Of a stretch of DNA of 64,000 bases, positions 35,631 to 44,596 are shown one piece after another; within the stretch, counting starts at the first letter, position 1; each line of letters begins with the position of its first letter. The DNA is taken from the NCBI GenBank assembly GCA_963650805.1, contig CAVJMG010000008.1, forward strand, positions 8,199-72,198. Reading direction: 5' to 3'. The notes under the pieces are model-generated. The model made no database searches, was not told the origin of the DNA, and saw only the letters and a list, made by a program, of their open reading frames with translations. Source of the stretch: an uncultured Bacteroidales bacterium (lineage in GTDB: Bacteria > Bacillota_I > Bacilli_A > RFN20 > CAG-826). The position numbers and the translations under genes are program-made.

Positions 35631-38018
35631 ATGAGAATCAGTTGGAAATATCTTACCAGCGTCCTTCCTTTGGAAGGGCACACCCCCGAAGAAGTCGGGA
35701 ATAAGCTCACCTTCGCCGGAGCCGAAGTGGAGGAGATCCTCCACTTGGCCAGCGGAGACAACCTCGTCATCGGGGAAATCCTTTCTTGCTCCGCCCACCC
35801 GGATTCTGACCATCTGCATATCCTCCAAGTCGACGAAGGCAAAGAATTCGGCGTCCATCAGATCGTCTGCGGCGCCCCTAACGCGAGGACCGGCCTCAAG
35901 GTCATCGTCGCTAGGGAAGGGGCGAATCTCCCTGGCGGCAAAATCATTAAAAGCACGATCCGCGGCGTCGAAAGCGATGGCATGTGCTGCTCGTTGGCGG
36001 AGCTAGGCGTGGATAAAAAATACCTTTCCGAAAAGCAAATCGGCGGGATTGAGGAGCTTCCTAGCTCCGCTACAGTCGGAGAGACCAAGGTTTTGGAATA
36101 CCTTGGCTTAGACGACGTCATCATCGATTTCTCCGTTTTGCCAAATCGCCCCGACCTTTACGCGCTTAAAAACATCGCCGCCGAAGTCGCTTGCCTTTTG
36201 GATTTGCCCTATTCCACGAAGGAATACCCCGAATTCGAAGGAAGCGAAGAGGATTTCCTCATTACGTCCAAAACCGACAAATGCCCCCAATTCGACGCGA
36301 TTCTCGCCCATGATTTGGTCACGCAACCCTCGCCTAGGGAAGTCTCGTCTCTACTTGAGGCCGAAGGCATCCGCAGCATCGATTCCACGGTCGACGTCGG
36401 AAACCTCGTGATGCTTCTTTCCGGGCAGCCGTTAAACATGTACGACGCGGATAAGCTCCCAAGCAAAGAGCTCACCGTCACTGACGATTACGAAGGCGAT
36501 TTCCTCGCGATGGATGGCAAAACCTACGCCCTGCAAAAAGGGGATTTGGTCATCACTAGCGGCGGCGTCCCCGTTTGCCTTGCCGGCATCATGACCGCCG
36601 AAGCGGCGAAAGTGGACGAAACTACCCGCAACGTCGTCGTCGAATCCGCCAACTTCGCCTACGCCTCCATCCGCCACACCAGCAATAGGCTCGGCCTGGC
36701 TTCGGATTCCTCAAGCCGCTTCTGCAAAGGCATCAACCCCGATCAGAGCAAAGACGTCCTCAAAATGGCCGCCTATTATTTGAAGCAATACTGCGCTTGC
36801 TCTAGCTTTGGGAAGGTTCATTGCTACGACACGCTTTCCCACAAGCAAAAGGAAATCCCCGTCACCCTTGCTTACATCAACTCTCGCCTTGGCACCAGCT
36901 TCTCCAAAGAGGAGGTCGTCTCCATTTTGCGGCGCGACCGCTTCGAGGTTAAAGAAGATGGGGATACCCTTCTTCTTGGCGTGCCCTCTTACCGCATCGA
37001 CATCGACGGGAAAGCCGACATCTCCGAGGAAGTCATTCGCATCGCCGGCTATTCCTACGTTCCAAGCACCCTCCCCGTGACTCGCCTTGCCTGCCAAGGG
37101 CTAAGCGAAACGCAGCAAAAGGAAAGGCAGATCCGCAGCTATTTCTATGGAGAAGGCGTTTCCGAGGCTTTGACTTACACCTTAGTCTCCAAGCAGAAGA
37201 GCCTTGCTTTCCCTTATCTCACCGACGGGGATCCCTTGATCCTCTCTAACCCCATGACCGACGAAAGGGAAGTTGTTAGGGAAAGCCTGATTCCTAGCCT
37301 ACTAGAGGCTGCTTCCTATAACTTCGCTAGGCAAAATAAAGACGGCGCCTTCTTCGAGATAAGCGACGTCGATGGGAAAAGGCTCCAATCCAGGCGCCTC
37401 GCCTTCGTTTTGTTCGGCGAAAAGCAGGAACAGGGCGCCCTTAAGAAGCGTCCTTACGATTTCTACGACGCGAAGGGGCTGTTCCTAGGGCTCCTCGATT
37501 TGCTCTCCATTCAGCCTAACCGCGTTTCCCTCAAACCTTGGAGCCTTGGGAAAGAAGAGCTCCACCCCGGCAAATCCGCCGAAATCACGATGGGTAAGAG
37601 GCTGCTTGGCTATATCGGCGAGCTCCATCCCTTGTGCTTGAAGCAGTGGGGGCTTAAATCCGCCGTCGTCGGGGAAATCGATTTGCAGGCGTTCCTCGAC
37701 ATGAAGGTTTCGCCTTTAAAAGCCGGCGTTCCCTCTCGCTTCCCAAGCGTTTCCCGCGACCTCGCTTTCCTCATCGACGAAGACGTCCCCTTCGAAGACA
37801 TCGCTAGGGAAATCAAAAAGAGCGACAAGCTCATCGACAAAGTCGAAGTCTTCGACCTCTACACCGGGGCCAACATCCTCCTAGGCAAGAAATCGATGGC
37901 CATCACCATCACCTTCCTCGATAAGGAGAAGACCTTGAAAGACGAGGAGATCAAAGCCTTGATGAACAAGATTGTCGCCTTGTTGGCTCAGCGCTTCGGC
38001 GCCGAGGTCCGACAATGA
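35631..38018 (+). CDS. pheT: Phenylalanine--tRNA ligase beta subunit
   Basis: 795 aa. Has a tRNA-binding N-terminal domain, B3/4, B5, and a C-terminal FDX-ACB domain. Located 10 nt after pheS. Confidence 0.9.
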   Translation: MRISWKYLTSVLPLEGHTPEEVGNKLTFAGAEVEEILHLASGDNLVIGEILSCSAHPDSDHLHILQVDEGKEFGVHQIVCGAPNARTGLKVIVAREGANLPGGKIIKSTIRGVESDGMCCSLAELGVDKKYLSEKQIGGIEELPSSATVGETKVLEYLGLDDVIIDFSVLPNRPDLYALKNIAAEVACLLDLPYSTKEYPEFEGSEEDFLITSKTDKCPQFDAILAHDLVTQPSPREVSSLLEAEGIRSIDSTVDVGNLVMLLSGQPLNMYDADKLPSKELTVTDDYEGDFLAMDGKTYALQKGDLVITSGGVPVCLAGIMTAEAAKVDETTRNVVVESANFAYASIRHTSNRLGLASDSSSRFCKGINPDQSKDVLKMAAYYLKQYCACSSFGKVHCYDTLSHKQKEIPVTLAYINSRLGTSFSKEEVVSILRRDRFEVKEDGDTLLLGVPSYRIDIDGKADISEEVIRIAGYSYVPSTLPVTRLACQGLSETQQKERQIRSYFYGEGVSEALTYTLVSKQKSLAFPYLTDGDPLILSNPMTDEREVVRESLIPSLLEAASYNFARQNKDGAFFEISDVDGKRLQSRRLAFVLFGEKQEQGALKKRPYDFYDAKGLFLGLLDLLSIQPNRVSLKPWSLGKEELHPGKSAEITMGKRLLGYIGELHPLCLKQWGLKSAVVGEIDLQAFLDMKVSPLKAGVPSRFPSVSRDLAFLIDEDVPFEDIAREIKKSDKLIDKVEVFDLYTGANILLGKKSMAITITFLDKEKTLKDEEIKALMNKIVALLAQRFGAEVRQ

Positions 38019-38476
38019 AGATCTACCGCAACCTCGTCAAAGAAGGCCATCCCCTTGAACTGGAGGAAGACATCGCCTTCTCGAAGGAGGACTGCCAAAA
38101 CGATTACCCCCTTCTAAGCGTCCCTTCTTGCCATGTGAAAATGGTCTTTGAAAACGTCGACGAATTCCTCACCTGCGACTATTTCCTTGAAGGGGAGATG
38201 GAGCTCTCCGATTCAAGGACCGCCGAACCCTTCCTTGAGAGCTTCGAAGACGATGACCTCATCGACCTCCTCCAAAGCGAAGAGGAAGACGGGGAGGGGT
38301 ATATTTTCCCGGGGACCTTCCTCGAGAGCAAAGACCTCGCCCATAAAATCATCCGTTCCCTAGTTCCGATTTCTCCGCATAAGGAAGGCGCGTGCCTGCC
38401 AGAATCCGGGGAAGGCTATTCCTTCTACCAAGAGAACGAAGTGCCTCTTTCTGAAGAAGAGCCCGCGGATAAATGA
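38015..38476 (+). CDS. Highly acidic 153-aa hypothetical protein translationally coupled to pheT
   Basis: ATGA overlap with the pheT stop. About 30% Asp+Glu. No recognisable motif. Confidence 0.4.
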   Translation: MKIYRNLVKEGHPLELEEDIAFSKEDCQNDYPLLSVPSCHVKMVFENVDEFLTCDYFLEGEMELSDSRTAEPFLESFEDDDLIDLLQSEEEDGEGYIFPGTFLESKDLAHKIIRSLVPISPHKEGACLPESGEGYSFYQENEVPLSEEEPADK

Positions 38477-38485
38477 AAAAGATAA

Positions 38486-38517
38486 GAAGGCAACCGAAAG
38501 GCGGCCTTCTTTTTTTG
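38486..38517 (+). terminator. Rho-independent terminator after the pheST operon
   Basis: gaaggc-aaccgaaaggcg-gccttc followed by TTTTTTT. Confidence 0.45.
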
Positions 38518-38779
38518 TTGCCGTTATAAAAAACTAACTTAAAAAGACAAGCAAAGAAAAAATAAAAATATGTTTTATTCTCTTACAACGGAATTTCGGT
38601 CTGCCTCATTTTTGGATTTCCAGTTTTAGGGTTTCCCCAAAACGCTTGCTTCCCTGCATAACGAATGTCGAACTTATTCTGTTTCCTCATTCTTTCCGGC
38701 CCCATCGGAGTTTTTCGATTCCTTCTACACGGGCTTCTTCCAAAAAATGCTAAGAAGTCGTTGCCAAGAATTAACACCG

Positions 38780-38818
38780 GTGGTAAATTGTGGTAGCCGA
38801 GGTGGTAAAAAGTGGTAA
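38780..38818 (+). promoter_or_regulatory. Putative MraZ operator: four direct GTGGTA(A/G) repeats at 10-12 bp phasing overlapping the mraZ start
   Basis: GTGGTAA 38780-38786, GTGGTAG 38790-38796, GTGGTAA 38802-38808, GTGGTAA 38812-38818; the last repeat contains the GTG start codon. Confidence 0.5.
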
Positions 38819-39240
38819 GCATATTCTATGGAACTTATTCGCGAAACCTCGACCCCAAAGGCAGGCTGATGCTTCCTAAGGAGCTCGGGATCGTCCCTGG
38901 AGAGACCCTCTACGTTATGAAGGGCTTCGAGGGATGCCTTAGCATCTATAAAGAAGAAGCCTTCGAAGCGATGGTGAAGAAGCTCTCTTCATTAAGCTAC
39001 GAAAACGAAGAAAGCCGTGCCTACATCCGCCTAGCCTGCGCCTCGATGTTCAAGATGCAGCTAGACAAAGTCGGCAGGGTGTTGCTTGGGAAGGATCTCC
39101 TCTTCGATTATTCGATCGGTCGGGAAGTCACTCTCATCGGCGTCCTCGATCATCTCGAACTCTGGGATGCCGGGGCCTACGCCAAATACCTCCTTGCCAA
39201 CGCGACGAAGTACGAATCCCTCGCAGGAAGGAGCCATTAA
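38812..39240 (+). CDS. mraZ: Transcriptional regulator MraZ
   Basis: N-terminus VSIFYGTYSRNLDPKGRLMLPKEL and a second DxxxR-type half (LDKVGRVLLGKDL). GTG start at 38812; there is no in-frame ATG upstream of the conserved N-terminus. Confidence 0.8.
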   Translation: MVSIFYGTYSRNLDPKGRLMLPKELGIVPGETLYVMKGFEGCLSIYKEEAFEAMVKKLSSLSYENEESRAYIRLACASMFKMQLDKVGRVLLGKDLLFDYSIGREVTLIGVLDHLELWDAGAYAKYLLANATKYESLAGRSH

Positions 39241-39242
39241 GG

Positions 39243-40169
39243 ATGGGAAGCCATTACCCCGTGTTGCTGCATGAAGCGTTTGAATCCCTGAACGTCAAAG
39301 AAGACGGGATTTACGTCGACTGCACTCTCGGCAGGGCAGGGCATTCCAGCCTTATCCTCTCCAAAGCTAAAAAGGGGCACCTGTATTGCTTCGACCTCGA
39401 CGAAGAGGCGATGGAAGAAAGCAGGGCCAAGCTTGAAGCTATCGGCGACAACTTCACCTTGATTCATTCCAATTTCGCGAATTTGAAGCAAGAGCTGAGC
39501 TCTAGAGGCGTTTATGCAGTCGACGGCATCTTAGCTGACCTTGGCGTCTCTAGCCCCCAATTCGACGAAGGGGAAAGAGGTTTCTCCTACAAAGAAGACG
39601 CCCCCTTGGACATGAGGATGGACCAAACCCAAGCCCTCACGGCAGCGGGGGTGGTCAACACCTACAGCGAGGATTCCCTTGCGAAAATCTTCTACGAATT
39701 CGGGGAAGACCCCGATTCGCGGAGAATCGCAAGAAACATCTGCCTTAGGAGAAAGCAAACCCCGATCAAGACGACCTTCGAACTCGTCGACATCATCAAA
39801 GCCAGCAAATCGGAAAAAGAGCTCCGCAAAAAAGGGCATCCGGCGAAGCAGATCTTCCAAGCCATCCGCATCGAAGTCAACGGCGAGGAAAAAGCCCTCG
39901 AAGCCTTGCTCCAAGACGGGCCCGAATTGCTGAATCCCAATGGAAGACTCGCCATCATCACCTTCATGTCGCTAGACGATCGCCTTGTTAAGCGCTCCTT
40001 CATTAGCCGCAGCAAAGCTGTCGTGGACCGCCACCAAATCTCTCTCCCCGGGCAAGAGGAGATGCCATATCGCTTATTAAGCCCAAAGCCGATTCTCCCT
40101 AGTGAAAAAGAGCTTGAGGAGAATAGGCGCTCCCAAAGCGCGAAGCTGCGGGTTCTTGAAAAGAAATAA
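39243..40169 (+). CDS. rsmH: 16S rRNA (cytosine1402-N4)-methyltransferase RsmH (MraW)
   Basis: HYPVLLHEAFESL...YVDCTLGRAGHS and DLGVSSPQFD motifs. Starts 2 nt after mraZ. Confidence 0.9.
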   Translation: MGSHYPVLLHEAFESLNVKEDGIYVDCTLGRAGHSSLILSKAKKGHLYCFDLDEEAMEESRAKLEAIGDNFTLIHSNFANLKQELSSRGVYAVDGILADLGVSSPQFDEGERGFSYKEDAPLDMRMDQTQALTAAGVVNTYSEDSLAKIFYEFGEDPDSRRIARNICLRRKQTPIKTTFELVDIIKASKSEKELRKKGHPAKQIFQAIRIEVNGEEKALEALLQDGPELLNPNGRLAIITFMSLDDRLVKRSFISRSKAVVDRHQISLPGQEEMPYRLLSPKPILPSEKELEENRRSQSAKLRVLEKK

Positions 40170-40209
40170 CTCCCAAGAATAAAAAGGAAAAAGGAAGGAG
40201 GGAGCCAAG

Positions 40210-40449
40210 ATGAAAGACAAACTCTACAAAACCGGTCACAAGAAAGCCTATTACCGCATCCGCGGCGCCGCCAGGGCGACTTTGTTCGCGCTTGCTTTGG
40301 GGCTTTCAACGGCGACCCCGATCCTCATCACCTATGGCGTGGAACAGTCTCGCGCCGAAGCCGCCAAAGAGAAGGAGAGCGTCAGCGAGACCGTTTCCGA
40401 ACCCACCTCCTCAGAGGAGATCCTCTCCTACAACGCAGCCCTAATCTAA
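40210..40449 (+). CDS. Small single-pass membrane protein in the division cluster (FtsL-position ORF)
   Basis: Strong RBS GGAAGGAGGG before ATG 40210. Basic N-terminus, one TM (ATLFALALGLSTATPILITYGV), acidic tail. Confidence 0.45.
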   Translation: MKDKLYKTGHKKAYYRIRGAARATLFALALGLSTATPILITYGVEQSRAEAAKEKESVSETVSEPTSSEEILSYNAALI

Positions 40450-40626
40450 AGCGAAAAAACGAAGCCGCTTTTAGGGCGCTCCAAAAAGCCGAAACGAAGA
40501 AAACCGCGGTCACAAGCGCGGTTTTTATATATAAAAAACGACTAGAAAACTACTAAAAATAGGCTTGAATTTGTCTTGTCAGCCCTCTAGGAAAATAAGT
40601 AGGGGTATATTAAAATATACCCGATT

Positions 40627-41889
40627 ATGGAAAACAAACTCCGCGCCTGCTTCGAAATCACCCAAAAAAGCATTAAAATCCTCATCGGCCATTGCCTTGG
40701 GGAGCAGCCTTTCGTCGTATACACCACCGAAAAAAGCATCGAGGGGCTCGTCAAAGACGGCCTTATAAAGGACAAAGCCGCGCTGTCTCAGTGCCTCCAG
40801 CAGTATTTGAAGGTGGAGGATGAAAGCGCCAACGTCCGCGTCACCATCGGGGAGATTGCTATCGTTTTGCCTCCCTTTGGCTTGAAAATCTATTCCAAAG
40901 ACGAATCGACGACTTCCGGGGCCGCGGATAAGCAAATCACCAAATCCGACATCAACACCGTCCTCAACAAAATCAAAAACGAGGAGATCCCGGGGGCCAA
41001 CGAGCTCGTCGACATCATTCCCACGAGCTTCGTCGTCAACGGCAACCAATCTTTCCTCAATCCTCCCATCGGGGTGGTGGGGCCTTCCTTGAGCATGAGG
41101 GCCATGATCCACACTTTGCCTAAGCCCATCGCCTTGGATTACCCAAGCCTCGCCAATTCTTCGGGCTTCCGGGTGAAGAAATCCTGCGTCGCCCCTTATT
41201 GCCAGGCGCAGCTATTCGCCACTGACCCGAGCCTCCCGAACACCTACATCCTCGTTGACCTCGGGGCCAAAACCACGAACGTTTCCATCGTCATCGGCCA
41301 CCAGCCCTATAGGACAGCGACTTGCTATCTCGGCGGAGACACTCTCACCGAGCAGATCGCCAACGATTTGGGCGTCGATTTGGAGAAAGCCGAGGAACTC
41401 AAGACGAAAATCGGCTACGACACTCGCCCCTTCCTCTATCGCCCTCCCCTGGCTAAAGGCGCCGACCCGATGAACGGGGCCGACAAATGGGTCGTTCAGA
41501 AAGACCTCAACAAGGCCATCGAATCCTATTTCAAGGCTTTCTTCGAGAAATTCGATGCCTGCCTTTCCTCCCTTTTCGACGGCGCGGAGAAGGATCTGCC
41601 CATCATCCTCACCGGAGGCGGCAGCAAATTGAATGGAATCGGAACCTTCTTCTCCGCTCACCGCGGCAAAAACCAGATTCTCAATCCCCATCTTAAAATC
41701 GTGGGAGGGGAGGACCCTCGGTATTCCGCTTGCCTTGGCTTGCTGATTGCCTGCGGGCATTATTCCGGGACTTTGGAGGACAACTACCACGGGGTGGCCT
41801 CGGTCTCGAGGGTTGAGGAAGAGCCCTCAAGCGAAAAGAAAGACAGACGCGCCTATAGAAGGCAAACGCCAAACGAAGACACCTTATGA
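40627..41889 (+). CDS. ftsA: Divergent FtsA-like actin-family cell-division protein
   Basis: Actin/Hsp70 fold signals: N-terminal phosphate-1-like region, ILTGGGSKLNGIGTFFS adenosine motif. Located immediately upstream of ftsZ. Confidence 0.6.
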   Translation: MENKLRACFEITQKSIKILIGHCLGEQPFVVYTTEKSIEGLVKDGLIKDKAALSQCLQQYLKVEDESANVRVTIGEIAIVLPPFGLKIYSKDESTTSGAADKQITKSDINTVLNKIKNEEIPGANELVDIIPTSFVVNGNQSFLNPPIGVVGPSLSMRAMIHTLPKPIALDYPSLANSSGFRVKKSCVAPYCQAQLFATDPSLPNTYILVDLGAKTTNVSIVIGHQPYRTATCYLGGDTLTEQIANDLGVDLEKAEELKTKIGYDTRPFLYRPPLAKGADPMNGADKWVVQKDLNKAIESYFKAFFEKFDACLSSLFDGAEKDLPIILTGGGSKLNGIGTFFSAHRGKNQILNPHLKIVGGEDPRYSACLGLLIACGHYSGTLEDNYHGVASVSRVEEEPSSEKKDRRAYRRQTPNEDTL

Positions 41890-41902
41890 GAGGAGCTAAT
41901 CG

Positions 41903-43066
41903 ATGAGCTACGAACAATCCATGGATTTAGATAATTTCGAACCGGTCGCTAGAATCGTCGTCATCGGCGTAGGCGGTGGGGGGAATAACGCGGTCAACCG
42001 CATGATCGACGAAAACATCCCCAACGTCGAATTCTACGTCATGAACACCGATAAGCAGGCTTTGGCGACCTCCAAAGCCCCCAACCGCATCGCCTTGGGC
42101 GAAGAATTGACCAACGGCCTCGGCGCGGGCGGGGACCCTGAAATCGGAAGGAAGGCCGCCGAGCTTTCGGTTGAGGACATCCGCGCCGTCGTCAAAGGGG
42201 CGAAGCTTGTTTTCATCGCCGCCGGAATGGGCGGCGGGACCGGGACCGGGGCGGCGCCGGTAGTGGCTTCAATCGCTAGGGAAGAGGGAGCGTTGACCGT
42301 CGCTATCGTCACCCGTCCCTTCACCTTCGAAGGGCAGCGGAGAATCAAGAACTCCGTGCAGGGGCTAAGCGACTTGAAAAGCGCGGTCGACTCCATCATC
42401 ATCGTCAGCAACGACAAATTGCTTTCCGCGGCGGGGAAGGCGCCAATTTCCGAGGCTTTCTCCTCTAGCGACGCCGTTTTGGCCCAATCGGTCAAGACCG
42501 TGACTGACCTCATTTTGATGCCTGCGATCATCAACCTCGATTTCGCTGACGTTTGCTCCACGCTGAAGGATTCCGGCATCGCTCTTATCGGGTTCGGCTC
42601 TGGATCTGGGCCAGACAAGGCCGAGGAGGCGGCGGAGAACGCGATCAACTCGCCTTTGCTGGAGGCTTCCATCTCCGGGGCGAGGAAAATAATCGTCTTC
42701 GTCACCTGCGGGCCCGGCGTCTCCTTGTTCGACGCGCAGGAATGCGTGACCAAAATCCAATCCACGGCCGGGAGCTCGGTGGACGTGATGTTCGGGGTGG
42801 CGATAAACGACCAGCTCGACGACACCATCCTCGTTTCGGTCATCGCCTCCCATTTCGCCGAGGAATACGATTTCACCTCCGTTCCCAAATACGTCCCTCC
42901 CCGGAAGGACCAAGTCGGCAGCGGAGTCGACGAGACGCGTTCCAAAAACATCCAAATCATCGAGGCTTCCGAAGACCAAAACGCCCAAAACGAAGAGGGC
43001 ATTGAGAAGAAAATCGTCCCCAATTTCCTCAAGGAAATGATGGAAGGCAAAGATTCCGGAAATTAA
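41903..43066 (+). CDS. ftsZ: Cell division GTPase FtsZ
   Basis: VIGVGGGGNNAVNRM, GGGTGTGAAPVVA and NVDFADV-like T7 loop; RBS GAGAGGAG. Confidence 0.95.
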   Translation: MSYEQSMDLDNFEPVARIVVIGVGGGGNNAVNRMIDENIPNVEFYVMNTDKQALATSKAPNRIALGEELTNGLGAGGDPEIGRKAAELSVEDIRAVVKGAKLVFIAAGMGGGTGTGAAPVVASIAREEGALTVAIVTRPFTFEGQRRIKNSVQGLSDLKSAVDSIIIVSNDKLLSAAGKAPISEAFSSSDAVLAQSVKTVTDLILMPAIINLDFADVCSTLKDSGIALIGFGSGSGPDKAEEAAENAINSPLLEASISGARKIIVFVTCGPGVSLFDAQECVTKIQSTAGSSVDVMFGVAINDQLDDTILVSVIASHFAEEYDFTSVPKYVPPRKDQVGSGVDETRSKNIQIIEASEDQNAQNEEGIEKKIVPNFLKEMMEGKDSGN

Positions 43067-43086
43067 TTTGACGAACGAAAATAAGG

Positions 43087-43123
43087 GCGGTGGCGAAAGA
43101 AATCGCTAAACCGCTCTTTTTTT
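43087..43123 (+). terminator. Probable terminator after ftsZ
   Basis: Nested stem gcggt..ggcga-aagaaa-tcgct..accgc followed by TCTTTTTTT. Confidence 0.4.
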
Positions 43124-43161
43124 GGTTGCCTAAGATACAGCAGAGTTTTATATTCTAAGAT

Positions 43162-44595
43162 ATGCGCAAAAGAAAAGCCCCCGTTTACTCACAGAATCAT
43201 CCTCGCTTCGCTTACGACGTTTTCCTGCAGGGGAAGACGCTATACGAAGAGGGGAAAGCCTCCATCACCTATTTCGATCCCCTTTCCTATGAAGTCCACG
43301 GCAACGTGGACGAAGACGGAAAGCGTTTCGCCATCGGGATGAGCTTCTCTCTTGACGGCGCTTTAAGCGGGGCTTCTTGCTCTTGCAAGGGCAATTCGTC
43401 CCATCCTTGCCGCCACATGGCCGCGGTTTTGCTGAAGCTTGAGGAGCAAGTGGGGGAAAAGGCGGAAGCCTCGCTCCCGGATTTCCTCTTCTACGTTAAA
43501 TCCCAGGCCCCCCTTTGCCTTTCCAAAGGCCCCATGAGCTACCTCAAGAAATGCGTCAAGGAGCTTAAGAAGAGGAAAGAGAAATGGAATTTCGATTCCA
43601 ATAGCGTCTACGAAGGCTTCAAGGCCATCCTTTCTTCCTCCCCTAGCTATAGCGGCTTCGGGGGAGAAGAGGAGGGGGAGGCGATCCCTAGCTTCCTAAG
43701 CGAGCTGGGGATGGGGGTCGACATGGTTTCCATGGCGATGTCGGAATTCCCGTCTTTGCTATCGGTGGATGCGAGGAAAGGGCTCTACATCGGCCTGCTT
43801 TCAAGCGAGGATTGGAAAGAACTCGCCACCGAGCGGTTCGAAGCCGGCCTCACCAACGGGGTCTCTTACGACGTTTTGCGGCTATATCTAGGGCAAGAAG
43901 AGAGCCTTCTTTGCTTGCTTAATTCCTATAGCCTCCATTTGCTTTGCCGGGCCGACTTCCGCTTCAAGGGGTTTGAGAGCTTGGCGAAGATGCTTTTGGA
44001 AAGGGGGGACGCGCAGGGGCTCTCCCTTCTTTGCGACAACGCCCATTGCGACCTGAGCTTCGCCTCCTGGAGCCAAATCGGCACCTTCTTGGAGAAGGAA
44101 GGCGACGTCGAAGACGCCTTATGCTGCTATAAGAAGATGTTCGGGAAAGGGGAGGGCGACCTTCCGGCCCTATGCGAATATTGGAGGGGCCTATCCGAAG
44201 AGGAGAAAGCCCTTAAGAAAGAGGATTTCACCGCCTCGCTTAAGGGGTCTGGACTATTGGCCCCGTTCTTGTTCCTATTAGGAGAAGGGAAAGACGAGGA
44301 CATCGCCTCCTTCCGCCTTGGGGATTTCCCCGCGCTTAAGAAGGAGCTTGAGGGCCATCCTTACGAGAACTATCTGATCGCCAAAATGAATAAGGCGCTC
44401 AAAGAGAAGGAGGGGGCCCACGAAGCCATTTGGTCTTGCTTCAGGGATTTCCCCTGCCTAGAAAGCACGCTTCTAGGGAAAGAGGCCGAGGAGCTCTCCT
44501 TGACCTCGCCTTACGACCGCTCGATTTACCTATATCTTTTGACGAAGAAGAAGCTTCTTGACCGCAAAGGGCTATCGCTATGGGAGGGAAAATGA
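43162..44595 (+). CDS. SWIM zinc-finger domain protein (partner of the downstream SNF2 helicase)
   Basis: CSCKGNSSHPCRHMAAVLL matches the SWIM CxC..CxH motif. The stop overlaps or abuts the SNF2 start. Confidence 0.6.
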   Translation: MRKRKAPVYSQNHPRFAYDVFLQGKTLYEEGKASITYFDPLSYEVHGNVDEDGKRFAIGMSFSLDGALSGASCSCKGNSSHPCRHMAAVLLKLEEQVGEKAEASLPDFLFYVKSQAPLCLSKGPMSYLKKCVKELKKRKEKWNFDSNSVYEGFKAILSSSPSYSGFGGEEEGEAIPSFLSELGMGVDMVSMAMSEFPSLLSVDARKGLYIGLLSSEDWKELATERFEAGLTNGVSYDVLRLYLGQEESLLCLLNSYSLHLLCRADFRFKGFESLAKMLLERGDAQGLSLLCDNAHCDLSFASWSQIGTFLEKEGDVEDALCCYKKMFGKGEGDLPALCEYWRGLSEEEKALKKEDFTASLKGSGLLAPFLFLLGEGKDEDIASFRLGDFPALKKELEGHPYENYLIAKMNKALKEKEGAHEAIWSCFRDFPCLESTLLGKEAEELSLTSPYDRSIYLYLLTKKKLLDRKGLSLWEGK

Positions 44596-44596
44596 A

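Noticed and set aside
40579-41112. 177-aa minus-strand ORF overlapping the start of the ftsA-like gene
   Set aside because: Antisense to a gene with actin-fold motifs and a clean ATG start. No independent support.
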